Source of the DNA: an uncultured Bacillota bacterium
GTDB taxonomy: Bacteria > Sysuimicrobiota > Sysuimicrobiia > Sysuimicrobiales > Segetimicrobiaceae
Direction: 5' to 3'
DNA: 64,000 bases
NCBI GenBank assembly: GCA_963804645.1
Contig: CAWDRG010000017.1
Span: 128,001 to 192,000 of the forward strand
The notes beneath the pieces are model-generated. The model did no database searches, was not told where the DNA came from, and saw nothing but the letters and a program-made list of their open reading frames with translations. The translations under genes and the position numbers were made by a program. This document shows positions 60,001 through 64,000 of the stretch, in pieces; positions within the stretch are counted from its first letter, which is position 1, and every line of letters begins with the position of its first letter.

Positions 60001-62065
60001 TGGTCGTAGTGATGTTCATCCCGTTGTATTCTGATGTGCTCCAGCGCTTCATCGCGTCCCAGAAGATCACGCCGGGCTCTGCGTGGTTGCGGGCGCCGTA
60101 GATCAACTCGCGCCAGACCTCGCGCGCCTTCACGGTCCGGGCGACGTGAACGCGGTCGTTGTCGAACGAGAGCGTCCAGTCGCTGTCGGACTCGACCGCC
60201 CGCATGAACGCGTCGCTGATCCGGACGCTGATGTTGGCGAAACGCACCTTGTCCACGTTCCGCTTGATCTTGACGAAATCGAGCACATCGGGGTGGTTGT
60301 CGGCGATCGTGATCATCAACGCGCCGCGCCGACCACTCTGGCCGATGGTACCGGTCGTGAGCGACATCAGTTCCATGAACGACGTCGACCCGGTACTCGT
60401 CCGCGCCGCGTTGTTCACGGGCGCGCCCGCCGGCCGCAGCACGCTGATGTCGGCGCCCACACCGCCGCCGAGCGAATACGTCCGCGCCGCCTGTTTCGTC
60501 CAATCGAAGATCGATTCGATCGAGTCATCTTTGATTGGAATTACATAGCAGTTGTGGGAAACTGCGAACTCGGCAACGAACGAATGGTCATCGTCTACGG
60601 TGAGGTCGTAGACGGTCTCCGTGGAAGGCTCCGTCCACTCGGCGGCCTTCACCTTTACGAACAAATCACCGTCGACGACCTTGTAAAAATAGTTGCGCGG
60701 CGACTCTTCAAACACGGATTCGTACGCATAGTCGCCCTCGATCCACGCGTGCAGCGCATCGACGTAGCGCTGCGTCCCCACCTGAACCCACATGCCGCGG
60801 TGCCGGGTGTACTTGAGGATTCCCTCCCATCGAATCGCCGGCGCGATGCCAAGGCGCACGAGCAGGAGGAACACCTGACGGACAAGCTCGGGGTTCGCGA
60901 GGAAGATCTTCACGAAGTCCTGACGGACAGTCCCGTCGCCTGACAGCAGCCCCGCCACAAACGCCTTCTGAATCGACGTGGGTGCCGTCATGAACCAGGC
61001 CGGCAGCGTCTTGTCATGGGCGTGCGTCGCGCCCCCGCACAGCGATCGGACGAACTCGACGAGCAACTTGCTGTGGACGTTGACACGCATCCAGTGACCG
61101 GGCTGGTCCTCGCGCCGCTGGATCGCCGCCTCGACACCGAAGATCTGCTGCGTTAGGTTGTAGATCGCCTCGGCATACACTTCCTCGTCCTTGCTGAACG
61201 TGAAGTACACCGTGTTGTCTGTCACGCCGCCTTCGGCCATGAAAAACCCGAGCCACAGCCCGAAGCGCTCATCGAACGGGATCGACCGGCGGACCCGCTT
61301 GCTCTCCGCCACGCTCCGCGCGCCCTGTCCGCCGACGTAGGCCGTGGCCGTATACATCCCAGCCTCGTCCTCCAGCGTGTCGGCGCTCACGAAGTTCGCC
61401 AAATCGAGATCCCACGACGGCAGCGTTTCGCCGATGCATCCGACCTTGACGTAATGGTCGGGCGTGAGGTCCTTCGCTTCCACCCAATCGACGCGCGTCC
61501 CGTCGAACGCGAGAAACGGGTGTTTGCCCGTGGCCCTGACCGGCTGATCGCCCAGATACCAGAAGCGCACGGTGCGCAGCGGTTCGTTGACCTCGCGGGA
61601 CATCGTATGCGTGACCGGACGGTACCGGTTCTTGTGGGTGAGGACTTCCTCGCCCGGCCGGATCTCCTCGATCGGCTTGATGCCCCGCCGCGTGACCACG
61701 CGCGTCCCGGCCGGGAAGCAGTTCAGGGCCGTCACGCGCTTCTGGTTGCCCACCGCGTGCATGATGCGCCCGCCCGGGATGAACCGGAATCCATCAAGCA
61801 GCCAGTAGAACTCCTGCGCGTACCGCTCCCGCCCCGCCTCGGTGGGCTCGACGCTCGCCAGCCCGCGCGCGATCCGCTGCCACATCGCCACCGGCGTCCG
61901 CTCGAGGATGCGCCCGTCGGGATCGCGCAGCGCGTACTTGTCGTGGAACACGCGCGCGCGCAGCGCATCACCGTTGAAAAACTCCAATGTCTCGGGTGCG
62001 ATCGCGTTCGGGTCGGCACCAGCTGCGGTTGCTCCTGTGGTGATCTGCTGCGGCGTGACGGCCAT
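57059..62065 (-). CDS. nrdJ: Adenosylcobalamin-dependent (class II) ribonucleotide reductase precursor with two inteins
   Basis: FIPGGRI, ALN|CYV, GRRGALM, TNPC|SE, RRIGVG, PPVGS, KGITVYR; C-terminal TSCPD-like domain and CPDC...CRSCGYSKC. Confidence 0.93.
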   Translation of the reverse strand: MAVTPQQITTGATAAGADPNAIAPETLEFFNGDALRARVFHDKYALRDPDGRILERTPVAMWQRIARGLASVEPTEAGRERYAQEFYWLLDGFRFIPGGRIMHAVGNQKRVTALNCFPAGTRVVTRRGIKPIEEIRPGEEVLTHKNRYRPVTHTMSREVNEPLRTVRFWYLGDQPVRATGKHPFLAFDGTRVDWVEAKDLTPDHYVKVGCIGETLPSWDLDLANFVSADTLEDEAGMYTATAYVGGQGARSVAESKRVRRSIPFDERFGLWLGFFMAEGGVTDNTVYFTFSKDEEVYAEAIYNLTQQIFGVEAAIQRREDQPGHWMRVNVHSKLLVEFVRSLCGGATHAHDKTLPAWFMTAPTSIQKAFVAGLLSGDGTVRQDFVKIFLANPELVRQVFLLLVRLGIAPAIRWEGILKYTRHRGMWVQVGTQRYVDALHAWIEGDYAYESVFEESPRNYFYKVVDGDLFVKVKAAEWTEPSTETVYDLTVDDDHSFVAEFAVSHNCYVIPIKDDSIESIFDWTKQAARTYSLGGGVGADISVLRPAGAPVNNAARTSTGSTSFMELMSLTTGTIGQSGRRGALMITIADNHPDVLDFVKIKRNVDKVRFANISVRISDAFMRAVESDSDWTLSFDNDRVHVARTVKAREVWRELIYGARNHAEPGVIFWDAMKRWSTSEYNGMNITTTNPCSLVGSTYVMTPSGLHRLDRLVEDAVRDRSNPTVLIDRRAGDARGVAAVRADALAFTGVKRIFRVETTSGFTIRGTGDHKVKVLNDETPDPVHDSKGWKRIDELQPGDVLAVADPNAPRVVDAMFGERSPYLHIDHAWVQPRRRDAHYSLINIPEQWDDDLAYLLGYAVGDGSYTNHSSREHGKRLDIHMHIEDAPFVKPVLDRVTGRCVRVRKGVAVGVGVAVAVDSGTAPEYPLHTVPGTHRAWMSVHSSAFLRMLAALGLRPAVAHEKTVPDTVLTAPRDATAAFLRGLFDADGSVSRPSDRPMISLSSASRTLIQQTQLLLLQFGIFSTVTTYRAEQKNATRSGLRYTTVAGEEREYQSVRDSYKLSIGGYPSIERFAESVGSALPRKREAIAALRSVRSLALRDVTETTHVAEVVDEGVSEPVYDLTVLDTKSFLANGLVVSNSEIPLEPYGCCCLGNLSLGEFVTDEFSPQAQVDWPHLEQALRLATRFLDNVLDYNADKHPLPAQREASLYSRRIGVGFTGLGDLLCKLRLKYDADDAVMFVDRTFERIKNIVYDESVNLAIEKGPFPGYDREKHLQGAFIYTLEPKVIERIREHGLRNVAVLTVPPVGSGAALAGTTSGIEPMFDLSYTRRSESLSQNTFTVYHPLVRSYMEKFGLKDESELPPFFVTAHEIKPEMRVQMQAAIQKHIDHSISSTVNCPADTTEEGVAEIYFKAWKLGCKGITVYRDSSRENILTAGTARSVKAASGEGTAVAIPEAPAGSKAPLVHEAQSVELVHHKRPRPKVTTGRTERIETPRGRIYVTINEDAKGVCEVFVQSLDVEADAIGRLASLALRTGADPRDVIEQLWRVQSREVAIDRSADGTIARVATIAQGVALAIGRALYGSWFRPDQAFPMADRLPEPRIGNGHANGHTHVEDAAPAGEAARTDPEVPVEVQQPLLTFAGVCPDCGSSLVYENGCSHCRSCGYSKC
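58652..59992 (-). mobile_element. Intein 2 (447 aa, LAGLIDADG homing endonuclease)
   Basis: SLVGSTYV...GTGDHKV...LGYAVGDG...LRGLFDADG...VYDLTV...NGLVVSN, followed by +1 Ser. Confidence 0.9.
60551..61720 (-). mobile_element. Intein 1 (390 aa, LAGLIDADG homing endonuclease)
   Basis: CFPAGTRV...ATGKHPF...LGFFMAEG...AGLLSGDG...VYDLTV...SHN, followed by +1 Cys. Confidence 0.93.
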
Positions 62066-62123
62066 CTGCGTCTCCTCCTGGGTAGAAGTGGACAGCTGGG
62101 GCGACCCCGGGGTATCCATCGGA

Positions 62124-62648
62124 TTAGTTCCGGTCGGTGCGGTGCGGTGCGAGCGGAATCAGCAGGATCTGAGATGCGAGCTCAGCTTCGTGCTGCTTTC
62201 GCGCCTTGAGCGCCTCGATCTCCTCGACCAGACGGTCGACATCGCCCATGCGCCGGTACACGGAGACGAATCGCACGTACGCGACGTCGTCGAGATCGCG
62301 CAGGCGCTCGATCACCCGGTCGCCGATCTCACGGCTGGGCACTGTCGGATTACCGGTATCCAGCACCGCGCGCTCGATCTCTTCGGCGACGCGCTCCAGC
62401 GTCTCGCCGGGCACCGGGCGCCCCTCGCAGGCGCGCACGAGACCGGTCAGCACCTTGGCGCGATCAAACGGCTCCCGGCGACCGTCCCGCTTGAGCACCG
62501 ACACGAGCACGCGCTCCGCGCGTTCAAATGTCGTAAACCGCTTGCTGCACGCCTCGCATTCCCGGCGCCGCCGGATCCCGTCTCCGTCCTCGATCGAGCG
62601 GGAATCCAAGACCCTCGTTCTCCGCGAACTACAATAGGGACATCGCAC
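62124..62648 (-). CDS. nrdR: Transcriptional repressor NrdR
   Basis: RCPYC, VLDSR, IRRRREC..C..RFTTFE, ATP cone, AYVRFVSVYR. Confidence 0.97.
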   Translation of the reverse strand: MRCPYCSSRRTRVLDSRSIEDGDGIRRRRECEACSKRFTTFERAERVLVSVLKRDGRREPFDRAKVLTGLVRACEGRPVPGETLERVAEEIERAVLDTGNPTVPSREIGDRVIERLRDLDDVAYVRFVSVYRRMGDVDRLVEEIEALKARKQHEAELASQILLIPLAPHRTDRN

Positions 62649-62663
62649 AGGCGTTCGATCCTT

Positions 62664-62711
62664 TATCAAGATCTAGCAGCAGGAAGGATCGTAGCATACT
62701 ATATGTTGTGG
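62664..62711. promoter_or_regulatory. Tandem NrdR boxes
   Basis: tatCAAgATcTAGcag (62664) and ataCTAtATgTTGtgg (62696), 32 bp apart, fit the acaCwAtATaTwGtgt consensus core. Confidence 0.8.
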
Positions 62712-62918
62712 CTCAAGGGTAGAATTCGTGGTCCACCATCGCGAGAGTTTCTCAGCGTCCCCGTACCGCGTTCACCCGTGCCAACACGCCGTTTCTCTAA
62801 TTTTTCCCTAGATTTTTAATCGTGCCATAACGAGCGGTCACGGTCAGACGGCGAGCAGAACCAGCGCTGTGGAACGCCCGCGGTCGCGGCGCGCGAGCGC
62901 GATACAACCGCCCCGCGC

Positions 62919-63998
62919 TCACCAGAAGGTCGCGAGCGGAACCGCGCTGAGCACGAAGATGCCGACGAGCACGGCCGCCGCCACGAGGTGCATCGGGGAC
63001 ACCGGGCTCACGTCGTCGAGCGGGCCGGGGTGCCCCCGGCGGATCAGCACGAGAATCAGGAGACTCATCACCCAGTAGCCGAACACGATGCCCGCGACGA
63101 CCCCGGCATACGACAGGATCGTGTGCAGGCGCGGGCCGAACACCGCCCGCGTCACGTGGCCGCCGTCGAGCATCCCCGCCGGAAGCAGGTTGAGGGCCGT
63201 CACCAGGAGTCCCACCCAGCCGGCAAACGCCATCGGATGGATCAGTACCTCGGCGTTCGCCGCCGGGTGCAGCAGCCATCCGACGAGGAGATTCAGGAGC
63301 TGCGGGGTCGGAATCTCCGTCACGTGACAGCCGTTCGCGAGAATCGCCGCGTGGGAGATCACGAGCGAGTGGGCCACGCCGTAGATCAAGACCGGCACGG
63401 CCACGACAAATCCCGCGATTGGTCCGCTCGCCCCCAGCTCGATCAGCGCGTCGCGGTTCGGCGCGGGCATGCGGGTCAGAATGACCGCCCCCATCGTCCC
63501 GATCGCAAACCCGGGCAGCGGCACCATCGGGATGAAGTACGGCAGACTCGCGTCGATCCGCCGCCGGATCGAGACGATCTTGTGCCCCATCTCGTGGCAC
63601 ACCAGGATCGCCAGTAGCGACAGCGAGAACTCGACCCCGCCGATGATCGGGCTGACGAGCCCCGGCACGCAGCCCCCGCTGGAGTTCAGATACCCGGCCA
63701 CAAACGTCGTGACGAGGGTCCCGAGGAACAGCCCGATCGGCAGCAGCCAGCGCGTCGGGGCCGCCGGGGGCTTCGGCGCGAGCGTGAGCACGGTCTCGTG
63801 GTCGTGATGCCGCAGGAGCGGCAGGAACCCGAGCGGAGCGAGTTGGTCCCGAAGGCGGAGAAACTGCGCCTTATCGTCCGGCCCGGGCAGGATCGCGAAC
63901 ACCGGCCGGCCGTCCTGGAACCACACCTCCCGAACCGTAAAGCAGGTATGGACCGCCGCACGGACCGCGGCGTATCGTTCGTCTGGGGCCATGACCAT
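62919..63998 (-). CDS. Site-2 protease (M50) family metalloprotease
   Basis: HEMGH, GPIAG, NLLPAGMLDGG. The start lies at the window edge. Confidence 0.92.
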   Translation of the reverse strand: MVMAPDERYAAVRAAVHTCFTVREVWFQDGRPVFAILPGPDDKAQFLRLRDQLAPLGFLPLLRHHDHETVLTLAPKPPAAPTRWLLPIGLFLGTLVTTFVAGYLNSSGGCVPGLVSPIIGGVEFSLSLLAILVCHEMGHKIVSIRRRIDASLPYFIPMVPLPGFAIGTMGAVILTRMPAPNRDALIELGASGPIAGFVVAVPVLIYGVAHSLVISHAAILANGCHVTEIPTPQLLNLLVGWLLHPAANAEVLIHPMAFAGWVGLLVTALNLLPAGMLDGGHVTRAVFGPRLHTILSYAGVVAGIVFGYWVMSLLILVLIRRGHPGPLDDVSPVSPMHLVAAAVLVGIFVLSAVPLATFW

Positions 63999-64000
63999 GG

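Overview
A GC-rich bacterial chromosomal window with Terrabacteria/Firmicutes-like gene order. The taxon cannot be fixed from the sequence; a Sysuimicrobiota/Armatimonadota-like lineage is only a guess. Single-base frameshifts occur even in essential genes (ileS, fmt), so many indels are probably long-read consensus errors. 0.2-12.8 kb: a partly duplicated accessory island with an OmpR-family regulator and kinase, and two copies each of DUF2231, YceI, DoxX-like, an unknown secreted acidic-domain protein and an unannotated small Arg-rich protein. It also holds a cis-prenyltransferase, an S41 peptidase and a P1B-ATPase remnant. Six island promoters share the same architecture, GTCATC-N5-GTCATC-N9-TANNNT, which is the best candidate for an undescribed regulon. 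12.9-20.9 kb: yicC-remA-(archaeal-type cmk)-coaC-priA-def-fmt and a divergent rqcH. 20.9-30.3 kb: a kdp operon with two micro-peptides, a pseudo-receiver KdpE and no kdpD, then a CPA1 antiporter interrupted by an IS1634 element. 30.3-50.5 kb: mostly housekeeping genes, including T-box ileS2 with GVHH/EMHKS motifs, dksA, lspA, lgt, rluA, pyrR, mtnA, sepF, yggS, pgeF and phnDCE with a Pho-like repeat. 50.5-55.6 kb: a copper (CopCD) operon headed by a candidate PPPR-ending regulatory peptide. 57-64 kb: nrdR, a class II ribonucleotide reductase with two LAGLIDADG inteins, NrdR boxes and an M50 protease. No rRNA, tRNA or CRISPR array was seen.
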